Both the position numbers and the translations under genes were made by a program. The notes beneath the pieces were generated by a model. It worked only from the letters and a program-made list of their open reading frames with translations, was not told the DNA's origin and did no database searches. From Acidimicrobiia bacterium (lineage in GTDB: Bacteria > Actinomycetota > Acidimicrobiia > Acidimicrobiales > Aldehydirespiratoraceae): a stretch of DNA of 64,000 nucleotides. Positions 48,786-56,464 of the stretch are shown here, in pieces. The first letter of the stretch is position 1. Each line of letters begins with the position of its first letter. The DNA lies in contig JAJEJB010000003.1 of assembly GCA_022828135.1 (NCBI GenBank), positions 514 through 64,513 of the forward strand, in the 5' to 3' direction.

Positions 48786-49334
48786 TCAGGAGGGCGGTTC
48801 GCGCTCGTAGCTGTAGCAGTGGATCTCGAACTCTCCGAAGCCGACCTCGGTGGCCTCGCCCGTCTCCAGGTCCAGATCCCGCACGAAGCGGATGGCAGAG
48901 GCGCGGATCACGTCGTCCTGCAGGTAGAAGTCCAGCGGGCTCTCCAGCGACGGCTCGATGCGCGTCTCGTCCGCTAGGCGAAGACCGACGTAGGGATCGA
49001 CGAACGAGGCCTCCAGGTACAGCTCCACCGGACCTCCGGAGACGGGATCGTCGCCCGCCCCCAGTACCACCACGTCACCCGCGCCGCGGTCATGGCAGGT
49101 GACCGCGAACTCGTACTGGACGTCGCCGACCTTGGCTGTTCCCTCGGAGCCAGGAGGCTCCGGCGGCGCGGTGGTCGTGGTCACGACCTCCTCGTCAACC
49201 GTCTCCTCGGCCACCAGCGGACCGTCGGCGGTGTCGGCGCAAGCCGGCGCGGCTATGGCGGCTCCGGCGACCGCGAGCAAGACGCCGAAGCCGCGCAGCA
49301 GCCTTCCGGGCGCGCCGCGGCAACGAGACGGCAT
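48786..49334 (-). CDS. Putative lipoprotein
   Basis: 182-aa product. The signal peptide has a lipobox-like motif (LLAVAGAAIAAPAC). No family was recognised. Confidence 0.6.
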   Translation of the reverse strand: MPSRCRGAPGRLLRGFGVLLAVAGAAIAAPACADTADGPLVAEETVDEEVVTTTTAPPEPPGSEGTAKVGDVQYEFAVTCHDRGAGDVVVLGAGDDPVSGGPVELYLEASFVDPYVGLRLADETRIEPSLESPLDFYLQDDVIRASAIRFVRDLDLETGEATEVGFGEFEIHCYSYEREPPS

Positions 49335-49410
49335 CGCGCAACGCTACGCGCCCGGCGCTGGGCACGCCGCATCAAGAGCCCCGGACCGGGTGGAGATGTA
49401 GGGTTGGGCG

Positions 49411-49584
49411 GTGCCCTCACAGAGCGAGTTGCGAAAGCGCCAGGTCCGGTCCGCCAGGCAGTCGGCCGGCAGCGGGCCGCGCACCGGCTCCCGCCGGGAC
49501 CGGCAGCGTCGCCTGGTGGCGGTGGTTGCGGTGCTGGTGGTGACGATGATGGTGGCCTCGCTGGCCGTGGGCCTCCTGGCCTAG
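49411..49584 (+). CDS. Possible 57-aa tail-anchored small membrane protein
   Basis: It is below the track's size cutoff. A GTG at 49411 runs to a TAG at 49582-49584, giving VPSQSELRKRQVRSARQSAGSGPRTGSRRDRQRRLVAVVAVLVVTMMVASLAVGLLA. The third codon position is strongly G/C-rich, and the ORF ends 16 nt upstream of the PPIase gene. This is speculative. Confidence 0.25.
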   Translation: MPSQSELRKRQVRSARQSAGSGPRTGSRRDRQRRLVAVVAVLVVTMMVASLAVGLLA

Positions 49585-49600
49585 TGGGGCGCTACAGACG

Positions 49601-50452
49601 ATGAGCACGGCCAAGCGGGAGCGCCAGCGCGAGAACCGGCGCATGCGCCTGGCCGCCGACGAGGCCGCCGCCAAGCAGTACGCCACCCGACGGCGCGTCA
49701 AGCTCATCGGCATCGCCGCGGTGGTGGTGGCCGCGGCGCTCGCGGTGCTCGGGTTCCTCCAGCGCGACAACTCCGAACCCGAGCCGGCCGCTGAGCCGGC
49801 CGCTGAGCCGGCGGTCGAGCCGGCGGTCGAGCCGGCGGCGGCAGCATGTCCGGCTGTCGACGGGTCGAGTCCCCGGACGATCGACTTCGACAGCCCCCAC
49901 CCCATGTGCATCGACCCCGAGGCTCGCTATGTCGCCGTCTTCGACACCAGCGAGGGCGAGATGCGATACGAGCTGACCGCGTCGGAGACCCCGCTGACCG
50001 TCAACAACTTCGTGACGCTGGCCCGCTGGGGCTACTACGACGACACCCTGCTGTTCCGCACCGACCCGTCCATCGACATCATCCAGGGCGGCTCGCCCCA
50101 CACCAACGACAACCGGGATCCCGGACCCGGGTACACGATCGCCGACGAGCCCGCCTTCGACGCCGACCCGGAGACCGGCGGGCTCACCGGGCCGTACCGC
50201 TATCAGCCCGGCCAGCTCGTGATGGCCCGGTCGGCCGGACCGGACTCGGCCAGCGCGCAGTTCTTCCTGACCACCGGCCCCAACGCCTCCAGGCTGGACG
50301 GCCAGGGCACCTACGTGGTATTCGGCCAGACCGACGACGCCGGACTGGCCGTGGCCCAGTCGATCATCGGCCTTCACGAACCGGGTGGATCCCTCGGCGG
50401 GGCGCCATCGCGTGACGTGACCGTCCACTCGGTCACCATCGAGGAGACCTGA
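49601..50452 (+). CDS. Membrane-anchored cyclophilin-type peptidyl-prolyl cis-trans isomerase
   Basis: 283-aa product with an N-terminal TM and an (EPAA/EPAV)n linker. The cyclophilin core includes TVNNFVTLARWGYYDDTLLFR, QGGSP and GQLVMARSAGPDSASAQFFLT. Confidence 0.9.
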   Translation: MSTAKRERQRENRRMRLAADEAAAKQYATRRRVKLIGIAAVVVAAALAVLGFLQRDNSEPEPAAEPAAEPAVEPAVEPAAAACPAVDGSSPRTIDFDSPHPMCIDPEARYVAVFDTSEGEMRYELTASETPLTVNNFVTLARWGYYDDTLLFRTDPSIDIIQGGSPHTNDNRDPGPGYTIADEPAFDADPETGGLTGPYRYQPGQLVMARSAGPDSASAQFFLTTGPNASRLDGQGTYVVFGQTDDAGLAVAQSIIGLHEPGGSLGGAPSRDVTVHSVTIEET

Positions 50453-50493
50453 GCCGACCGGGCGGAAAGCGAACTGGCAGCGCTGAGTGCCGT

Positions 50494-51183
50494 TTACGGC
50501 GCTCCCGGCTGCCAATTCTCCAGATCGACGGTGGTGCCGCCTTGGCGGGTCTCGACCGTGCCACCGAGCACGGTCCAGTCCTGGCGACTGGAGGATGACG
50601 CCAGCACCTCTGGCTCGGCCGTAGAACACACCGCCGCGCCGGACTCAAGGGCCATGAACAGCACCGACTCCGGGACCATCCCCCACAGGCGCCGGCGCCG
50701 GTCACGGGGCCAGTTCTCCCAGCCGGCCGCGACGACGATGCCGTCATGGAGCCCCAGGCCGACGGTGAGCGCGCCGCCGCGGTCGTCCACCATCGAGGCG
50801 CACACCGCCGCCGCGGCCGCACCCGACCAGACGATGTCGGCGCCACGCCGCTGCGCCGACACGATCGCCTCCAGCAGCGGGGTCGCCTTGACCGCGCTCA
50901 CGAAATGGGCAGGGGACCCGTCCAGAACCAGCACGCCGTCGCACTCTGCGATCGGCCCGCACACCTCGCGGTCCAGCGCGTCGGACCGGCGCAATGCGCT
51001 CACCACTGCGGGCCGGAGGGACAGCGCTTCGGCCCAGGCGCCGATCCGGGACATCAGCGCGTCGGGACGCCGGAAGGCGGCCGCCACGGTCACAACCGCG
51101 ACCGAGTCGCAACCCGTCAGAGCACGGCCCGCGGGCGTGCCCGCATCCAACTCGCGGCCCCCGGCAAGGACGAGCCGACTCAT
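50494..51183 (-). CDS. Peptidase S51/cyanophycinase-like fold protein, probably catalytically inactive
   Basis: 229-aa product. Its layout resembles S51 (GADIVWSGAAAAAVCASM aligned to G-x-SAGA; GLGLHDGIVVAAGWENWPRDRRRRL aligned to GLGL...DQHF..RGR..RL), but the nucleophile Ser and the His positions are replaced. This is recognition from memory only. Confidence 0.45.
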   Translation of the reverse strand: MSRLVLAGGRELDAGTPAGRALTGCDSVAVVTVAAAFRRPDALMSRIGAWAEALSLRPAVVSALRRSDALDREVCGPIAECDGVLVLDGSPAHFVSAVKATPLLEAIVSAQRRGADIVWSGAAAAAVCASMVDDRGGALTVGLGLHDGIVVAAGWENWPRDRRRRLWGMVPESVLFMALESGAAVCSTAEPEVLASSSSRQDWTVLGGTVETRQGGTTVDLENWQPGAP

Positions 51184-51689
51184 GTGCCTTCAGATCGAGG
51201 GGACTGGCGGCGGGCTCTCAGCACCACGTACTGGCGCCACTCGGGCGGGACCGATGTCGCCTCGCGGCGGTGGATGTCGGTGACAAACAGACCGCGGGAG
51301 CGCACGGCCGACACCACGTCGCGGCCTCGGGTGCGGGGCCAGGGCGGGCGGGATCGGGCGGTCAGCCACCTGGGCAATGCCCCGCGGTAGAGCCCGGCGG
51401 GCTCCACCATGAGGATCCAACCCTCGTCGGCCAGGACCTGATCGATCGCGGCGACATAATCCTCGAGCGAGGTCGCCTGGGGGGTGCACATGAAGGACAG
51501 GACCGTGTCGTAGCGAGCACCGCTGCGGCTCTCGGACCGCAGCGCGGCCTCGGAGTCCCCGGCCGGCACGCTGAACACCCGGCCCACGGCGGTGGCAGCC
51601 AGCGTCCGGCAGCGCTCGTCCACCTCTTCCAGCAGGGCCGCGGGGGGTACCGCCAAGTCCCGCTCCCCGGCCCGGGCACCGGTGGTCAT
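51180..51689 (-). CDS. Hypothetical protein (weak class I methyltransferase-like segment)
   Basis: 169-aa ORF overlapping the downstream gene by 4 nt. YDTVLSFMCTPQATSLEDYVAAIDQVLADEGWILMVEP resembles the post-motif-II region of SAM methyltransferases. No GxGxG motif was seen. Confidence 0.4.
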   Translation of the reverse strand: MTTGARAGERDLAVPPAALLEEVDERCRTLAATAVGRVFSVPAGDSEAALRSESRSGARYDTVLSFMCTPQATSLEDYVAAIDQVLADEGWILMVEPAGLYRGALPRWLTARSRPPWPRTRGRDVVSAVRSRGLFVTDIHRREATSVPPEWRQYVVLRARRQSPRSEGT

Positions 51690-51711
51690 CGTTCCAACCT
51701 ACTCTCTCCAC

Positions 51712-52389
51712 ATGCCCGCCGATGCGAGGCTGGATGCTTGCCGCTGGGTCTTCCCAGATCCCTCCAGCAGTGACGAGGGGGGCCTAGTGGCGGTCGGCGC
51801 CGACCTTGAGCCGGCCACCCTGCTGGCCGCCTACAGCCGAGGCCTGTTTCCAATGCCGTTGAAGCCAGAGGGGCGCATCGGGTGGTGGTCCCCTCCCGAG
51901 CGTGGCGTCCTGGAGCCCGACGGGCTGATCGTGCACCGCTCGCTGCGCCGGGCCTGCCGCCGCTTCGACGTCAGGGTGGACACCGCCTTCGCCGAAGTAG
52001 TCGACGGCTGCGCCGACCCAAGCCGGCCCCACGGCTGGATCGACGATCAGATGCGGACCGCGTACGTGCGCCTTCACCACGCGGGCCTCGCCCACAGCGT
52101 CGAGACGTGGCGCGACGGCGAGTTGGTCGGCGGCCTCTACGGCGTGGCCGTGGGCGGGCTGTTCGCCGGCGAGTCCATGTTCTACCGGACCAGGGATGCC
52201 TCGAAGGTCGCTCTCGTGGCCCTGGCTGCGGGCCTCCAGGACGGCTTCTCGAGACTGATCGACGTCCAATGGGCGACGCCGCACCTGCTCTCCCTCGGCG
52301 TGAGCGCCATCCCGCGCCCGCAGTACCTGCGGCGCCTGCCGGCGCTGCTCGCCTCCCCGCTTCCGGCGATGTTCCGGTCGGGCGGTTAG
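51712..52389 (+). CDS. aat: Leucyl/phenylalanyl-tRNA-protein transferase
   Basis: Start at the ATG at 51712 (MPADARL...). It contains LLAAYSRGLFPM, WWSPPERGVL, HGWIDDQMRTAY..LH..GLAHSVETW, GGLYGVAVGGLFAGESMF and ASKVAL. Confidence 0.88.
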   Translation: MPADARLDACRWVFPDPSSSDEGGLVAVGADLEPATLLAAYSRGLFPMPLKPEGRIGWWSPPERGVLEPDGLIVHRSLRRACRRFDVRVDTAFAEVVDGCADPSRPHGWIDDQMRTAYVRLHHAGLAHSVETWRDGELVGGLYGVAVGGLFAGESMFYRTRDASKVALVALAAGLQDGFSRLIDVQWATPHLLSLGVSAIPRPQYLRRLPALLASPLPAMFRSGG

Positions 52390-52399
52390 TGCGGCTGGG

Positions 52400-52633
52400 T
52401 CAGGTCCAGCCGCCGTAGCGGGCCCGGCGTCTCCAGGGTCGGCCGGCATAGCGCCAGCGGGGTGACGCCGCCGGCATGGTTGGGGCGGCGAGGTGCGGCC
52501 AGATCTCGGAGCGGAATTCCTCGACCGCGGCAGCGATCGCAGCCCGCTCGGCATCGGTCGGCTCCGGGGTGATCGACGCGATCTCCGAGCCGCCTGCGAC
52601 CTGGCTTCCTGCGGTCGTCTCCACGGCGGTCAC
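52400..52633 (-). CDS. Acyl-CoA carboxylase epsilon subunit
   Basis: 77-aa ORF overlapping the stop of the carboxyltransferase gene (ATGA). The ...[13 protein letters not shown]...[19 protein letters not shown] pattern and its position match the actinobacterial AccE/PccE family. Confidence 0.6.
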   Translation of the reverse strand: MTAVETTAGSQVAGGSEIASITPEPTDAERAAIAAAVEEFRSEIWPHLAAPTMPAASPRWRYAGRPWRRRARYGGWT

Positions 52634-54186
52634 AGCGGGACGTTCCCGTGCTTGCGCTCGGGGATCTCCTCGCGCTTGGACTCCAGCACCCGCAGACCGG
52701 CCACGATCTTGCGGCGAGTCTGCGACGGCTCGATCACCTCGTCCACGAAGCCGCGCTCGGCTGCGACATAGGGGTTGGCCAGCCTCTGCGTGTAGTCGTC
52801 CACCAGCTCGTCTCGGCGGGCCGCCGGATCGGCTGCGTCAGCCAACTCGCGGCGGTAGATGATCTCGACCGCGCCCTGGGGGCCCATGACGGCGATCTCG
52901 GCGGAGGGCCAAGCGAAGGAGAGGTCCGAGCCGACACCCTTGGAGTCCATGACCACGTAGGCGCCCCCGTAGGCCTTGCGGGTTATGACCGAGATGCGGG
53001 GCACCGCGGCCTCGCAGTAGGCGTACAGGAGCTTGGCCCCGTGACGGATGATGCCGCCGTGCTCCTGGTCGACGCCGGGCAGGAAGCCGGGGACATCGAC
53101 GAAGGTCAGAAGCGGGATGTTGAAGGCGTCGCAGGTGCGCACGAAGCGGGCCGCCTTCTCAGCCGATTCGATGTCGAGGACGCCGGCCAGGACCATCGGC
53201 TGGTTGCCCACGACGCCCACCGAGCGCCCGTCGATGCGGGCGAACCCGCACACGATGCTGCGGGCCCAGGAGGCGTGATACTCCAGGAAGTCGCCGTCGT
53301 CGGCGACCTCGGCGATCACGTCCTTCATGTCGTACGGGACGTTGGGGCTGTCGGGCAGCAGGGTGTCCAGTGCCGGGCACTCGCGATCGGGGTCGTCGGC
53401 CGACTTGTAGGCCGGGGGCTGCTCGAGGTTGTTGGAGGGCAGGAAGGACAGCAGCGCCTTCACGTCGTCGAGAACATCTTGCTCGCTCGAGGCGACGAAG
53501 GTGGCCACCCCCGACTTGGTGCTGTGACTGGTGGCCCCTCCCAGATCCTCGAGGGTCACCTCCTCGCCGGTGACCGTCCTCACCACGTCGGGTCCGGTGA
53601 TGAACATGTGCGACTTCTCGCGCACCATGAAGATGAAGTCGGTCATAGCCGGGCTGTACACGGCTCCCCCGGCGCACGGTCCGAGGATCACGCTGATCTG
53701 GGGGATCACACCCGAGGCCTGGACGTTGCGGAAGAAGATCCCGCCGTAGCCGTCCAGCGAGACGACGCCCTCCTGGATGCGGGCGCCGGCGCCGTCGTTG
53801 AGGCCGATGATGGGCGCGCCGACCGACACCGCGAGGTCCATCACCTTGTGGAGCTTCTCGGCGAACACCTCGCCCAGCGCGCCGCCCATGACCGTGAAGT
53901 CCTGGGCGAACACGAAGACCTTACGGCCGTCGATGGTCCCCCAGCCGGTGATCACACCGTCGGTGTAGGGCCGGTCGTCCAGCCCGGCCTCGTGGGCGCG
54001 GTGGCGGGCCAGCATGTCGAGCTCATGGAACGAGCCTTCGTCGAGCAGGTAGTCGAGCCGCTCCCGGGCCAGCATCTTGCCCTTGTCGTGCTGGCGCTTC
54101 ACGGCCCGCTCGGGTCCGGCCGCCAGCGCCTCGGACTTGCGCGCTCTCAGATCCTCGAGCTTGTCGTGCATGGACGCCCCGGCCAC
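52630..54186 (-). CDS. pccB: Acyl-CoA (propionyl-CoA) carboxylase carboxyltransferase beta subunit
   Basis: 518-aa product with [38 protein letters not shown] and [10 protein letters not shown], typical of the PccB/AccD5 family. The start could instead be the ATG 15 nt downstream (MHDKLEDL). Confidence 0.93.
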   Translation of the reverse strand: MAGASMHDKLEDLRARKSEALAAGPERAVKRQHDKGKMLARERLDYLLDEGSFHELDMLARHRAHEAGLDDRPYTDGVITGWGTIDGRKVFVFAQDFTVMGGALGEVFAEKLHKVMDLAVSVGAPIIGLNDGAGARIQEGVVSLDGYGGIFFRNVQASGVIPQISVILGPCAGGAVYSPAMTDFIFMVREKSHMFITGPDVVRTVTGEEVTLEDLGGATSHSTKSGVATFVASSEQDVLDDVKALLSFLPSNNLEQPPAYKSADDPDRECPALDTLLPDSPNVPYDMKDVIAEVADDGDFLEYHASWARSIVCGFARIDGRSVGVVGNQPMVLAGVLDIESAEKAARFVRTCDAFNIPLLTFVDVPGFLPGVDQEHGGIIRHGAKLLYAYCEAAVPRISVITRKAYGGAYVVMDSKGVGSDLSFAWPSAEIAVMGPQGAVEIIYRRELADAADPAARRDELVDDYTQRLANPYVAAERGFVDEVIEPSQTRRKIVAGLRVLESKREEIPERKHGNVPL

Positions 54187-54291
54187 GGGCCTGAAGGCTA
54201 CCGGTAGCCCGCGGCGTGCCGGGCTTCGGGCATTGGGCGCTCCGGAGTGGCGGCCGGCTCCGGCTCAGTGATCGGGCCGTAGCCTACGACG

Positions 54292-54993
54292 ATGGCCGAA
54301 CAGGGTTCGAACGACTGCGGCGGGGCGCCATCGGCCCGCACCCGGGTGCGGCGGGGGGTGCCGAGGGCCCGTTACGGGCGCGACGACATTCTCGGGATCC
54401 TCGACGCCGGGATGATCGCCCATGTGGGCGTGACCACGCCCGAGGGGCCGCTGGTGCTGCCCATGGCCTACGGCCACGACCGTGAGCGTCTCTACCTGCA
54501 CGGCGCGGCCGCCAACCATCTGCTCGGCACCGGCGACGGCCATGAGGTGTGTGTGACCGTCACCCATCTCGACGGGCTGGTGATGGCCCGCACACCGTTC
54601 CACAACTCGATGAACTACCGGTCGGTGGTGGTGCGGGGCCTAGCGACCCGAATCGACGACGAGGCAGGCAAGCGCCGGGCCTTGAAGCTGGTCACCGACC
54701 ATGTAGTGGCCAACTGGGACTCCGTCCGCCCGCCGTCGCAGACAGACCTGCGCAAGACGCTCGTGCTGGAGTTGCCGCTGACGGAGGCGTCGGCCAAGGT
54801 CCGCACCGGTGACCCGGTCGATGAGCCCGACGACATCGCCGGTCCGTGGTGGGCCGGCGTCGTGCCGATCACTTCCCGCTTCGAGCCGCCGGTCGCGTCG
54901 GCCGATCTCATCAGCGGCGCCGAGCCTCCGGAGTCCATCGCCGACATGGCCGGCCACACCCCCGACGAGAGACCGCAGCCCGACCGGGGCTGA
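54292..54993 (+). CDS. Pyridoxamine 5'-phosphate oxidase family (FMN-binding split-barrel) protein
   Basis: 233-aa product with ILDAGMIAHVGVTTPEGPLVLPMAYGHDRERLYLHGAAANH...MNYRSVVVRGLA, a NimA/PNPOx-like pattern. Confidence 0.85.
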   Translation: MAEQGSNDCGGAPSARTRVRRGVPRARYGRDDILGILDAGMIAHVGVTTPEGPLVLPMAYGHDRERLYLHGAAANHLLGTGDGHEVCVTVTHLDGLVMARTPFHNSMNYRSVVVRGLATRIDDEAGKRRALKLVTDHVVANWDSVRPPSQTDLRKTLVLELPLTEASAKVRTGDPVDEPDDIAGPWWAGVVPITSRFEPPVASADLISGAEPPESIADMAGHTPDERPQPDRG

Positions 54994-55044
54994 ACGGGAG
55001 TTCGAAGGCCATCCGCGGCCGGGGCCGAGACCGACCCCGCACGC

Positions 55045-56280
55045 CTAGTAGTCGTCGTAGTCGTCGTCGTACTCGTCGTAGTCGTCGTCGTACTCGTCGT
55101 AGTCGTCGTCGTACTCGTCGTCGTAGGGCTCGTACTCCTCGGAGGTGGCGTAGTCATCGCCGCCGACGAGCAGGTCCTCGTCGACGATCGCCTCCGGCGG
55201 CGGGGCGTCCACGCTGATATCGGCGTCGAAGTCGAAGAACTCCAGGGTCAGCAGGCTCGAGGGCATCCCAGCGTCGGCGTCCTCTCCGGCGAGACCGGCG
55301 AACATTGAGGCCAGGTCGAACGTCAAGCGCCGTATCAGGCTCTCGTCATCGATCCATACGTCCACTTCGAAGCCTGCGTCGAGGAATCCGAAGATCTGAT
55401 CCATCCCCTCTGCGAACGGGTCCGAGGCGGTGTCGTCGAACGCGCCGGCTTCGGAGGTCTCGTCGTCGTCGGGCTCCATTCCCAGGGCCTCGCCCATCAA
55501 ATCGAGCAGCGATACCTGGAAACGCACTCTGGTGGCCTCCACCCCCCTGACGTCCTCCCGGCCAACGATCTCGGGGGCGCTGGCGGCCTCCAGGAAGGCG
55601 CCCGTCTCGCCCAGCAGGTCGCAGTCGCTGGGCGGGGCGTCGAGCATCTGGGGGAAGGCGCACATCACTCCCGCTGATCCCATGACATCGCTCATCGGAT
55701 CAGCGCCCGGGACGGGTTCGGCCACGTACCAGGCCTCGTCGACGCCCAGTCCCGCCAGGGTCTCCGCCGCGGCCGGAGGCCTCACATACACGACACCCCC
55801 CACGTACCGCATCTCGGCATCGGCGCCGCCGGGGAACTCCGGGTCCATCCCGGGCGGCAGCTCGATCGACACCGCGAGATCGCCGTCGGCATCGGATTCG
55901 AAGCTCGTCGAGAACTCGAACCCCGGTGCGAGCTCGACACTCGCCTCGCCGCGGACCGAGCGCCCGTCAAGGGTCGTCGTGGCCGAGGCCAGCAGAGCCT
56001 CGGCGTCCATGGGCGCGGCCGGGTCGCCGCCGTCGGCCGCACTGGCCTCGCCCGGCTCGTCCGAGCCCGCGTCAGGCTCACCGCCGTCCGTGATCGCGTC
56101 GGGGTCGCTCGCCTCGGTGCCGTCCGTCTCCGGCGAGTCGTCCGGTCCCGCTTGGGTGGTGACGGTCGCCTCACCCTCGGGCTGCTGATCGCTGACGGTG
56201 TCGGCATCGCCGCCGCCACAGGCTGCACCTACTAGCGCCAATGCCGCCAGCAGCGTCGTGGCCAATCGGATCCTGAGCAT
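55045..56280 (-). CDS. Putative lipoprotein with extreme Asp/Tyr-repeat C-terminal tail
   Basis: The start was trimmed to the ATG at 56278-56280, which is preceded by GGAGGCGAAG. The signal plus lipobox reads MLRIRLATTLLAALALVGAAC, and the body is acidic. The tail is ...YDDEYDDDYDEYDDDYDEYDDDYDDY. Confidence 0.7.
   Translation of the reverse strand: MLRIRLATTLLAALALVGAACGGGDADTVSDQQPEGEATVTTQAGPDDSPETDGTEASDPDAITDGGEPDAGSDEPGEASAADGGDPAAPMDAEALLASATTTLDGRSVRGEASVELAPGFEFSTSFESDADGDLAVSIELPPGMDPEFPGGADAEMRYVGGVVYVRPPAAAETLAGLGVDEAWYVAEPVPGADPMSDVMGSAGVMCAFPQMLDAPPSDCDLLGETGAFLEAASAPEIVGREDVRGVEATRVRFQVSLLDLMGEALGMEPDDDETSEAGAFDDTASDPFAEGMDQIFGFLDAGFEVDVWIDDESLIRRLTFDLASMFAGLAGEDADAGMPSSLLTLEFFDFDADISVDAPPPEAIVDEDLLVGGDDYATSEEYEPYDDEYDDDYDEYDDDYDEYDDDYDDY
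55057..55119 (-). repeat. Three perfect 21-nt tandem units encoding (YDDDYDE)3
   Basis: gtagtcgtcgtcgtactcgtc is repeated at 55057, 55078 and 55099 (plus-strand reading). Confidence 0.9.
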
Positions 56281-56297
56281 CTTCGCCTCCCAACGGC

Positions 56298-56315
56298 GAG
56301 GCACTTGTGTGCCTC
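56298..56315 (-). other. Perfect 7-bp-stem hairpin next to the lipoprotein gene SD (function unknown)
   Basis: GAGGCAC-ttgt-GTGCCTC lies 18 nt upstream of the ATG at 56280, in the 184-nt gap after the permease gene. Confidence 0.25.
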
Positions 56316-56464
56316 CGACACTACTGACGCCCACATGGCCGCCCGCGGTTCCAAGATTTAGCCAGCCTTGACCGAGCATCCGCCTGCCGCGGCCACCCTC
56401 TTGCCCGTCGTTCGGCACGATCGCAGTCACGCCGCCACGATGGCCCGACTCTCCCGCACGACCG

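Noticed and set aside
47768-49334. tRNA-Lys followed by two hypothetical envelope proteins, considered as a possible integrated island.
   Set aside because: There is no integrase, no direct repeat of the tRNA 3' end downstream, and no visible compositional shift. The genes look like ordinary species-specific envelope proteins.
52648-54207. 519-aa plus-strand ORF covering the whole pccB locus.
   Set aside because: The minus strand encodes a full-length carboxyltransferase with conserved motifs. The plus-strand product is low-complexity and has no homology signal.
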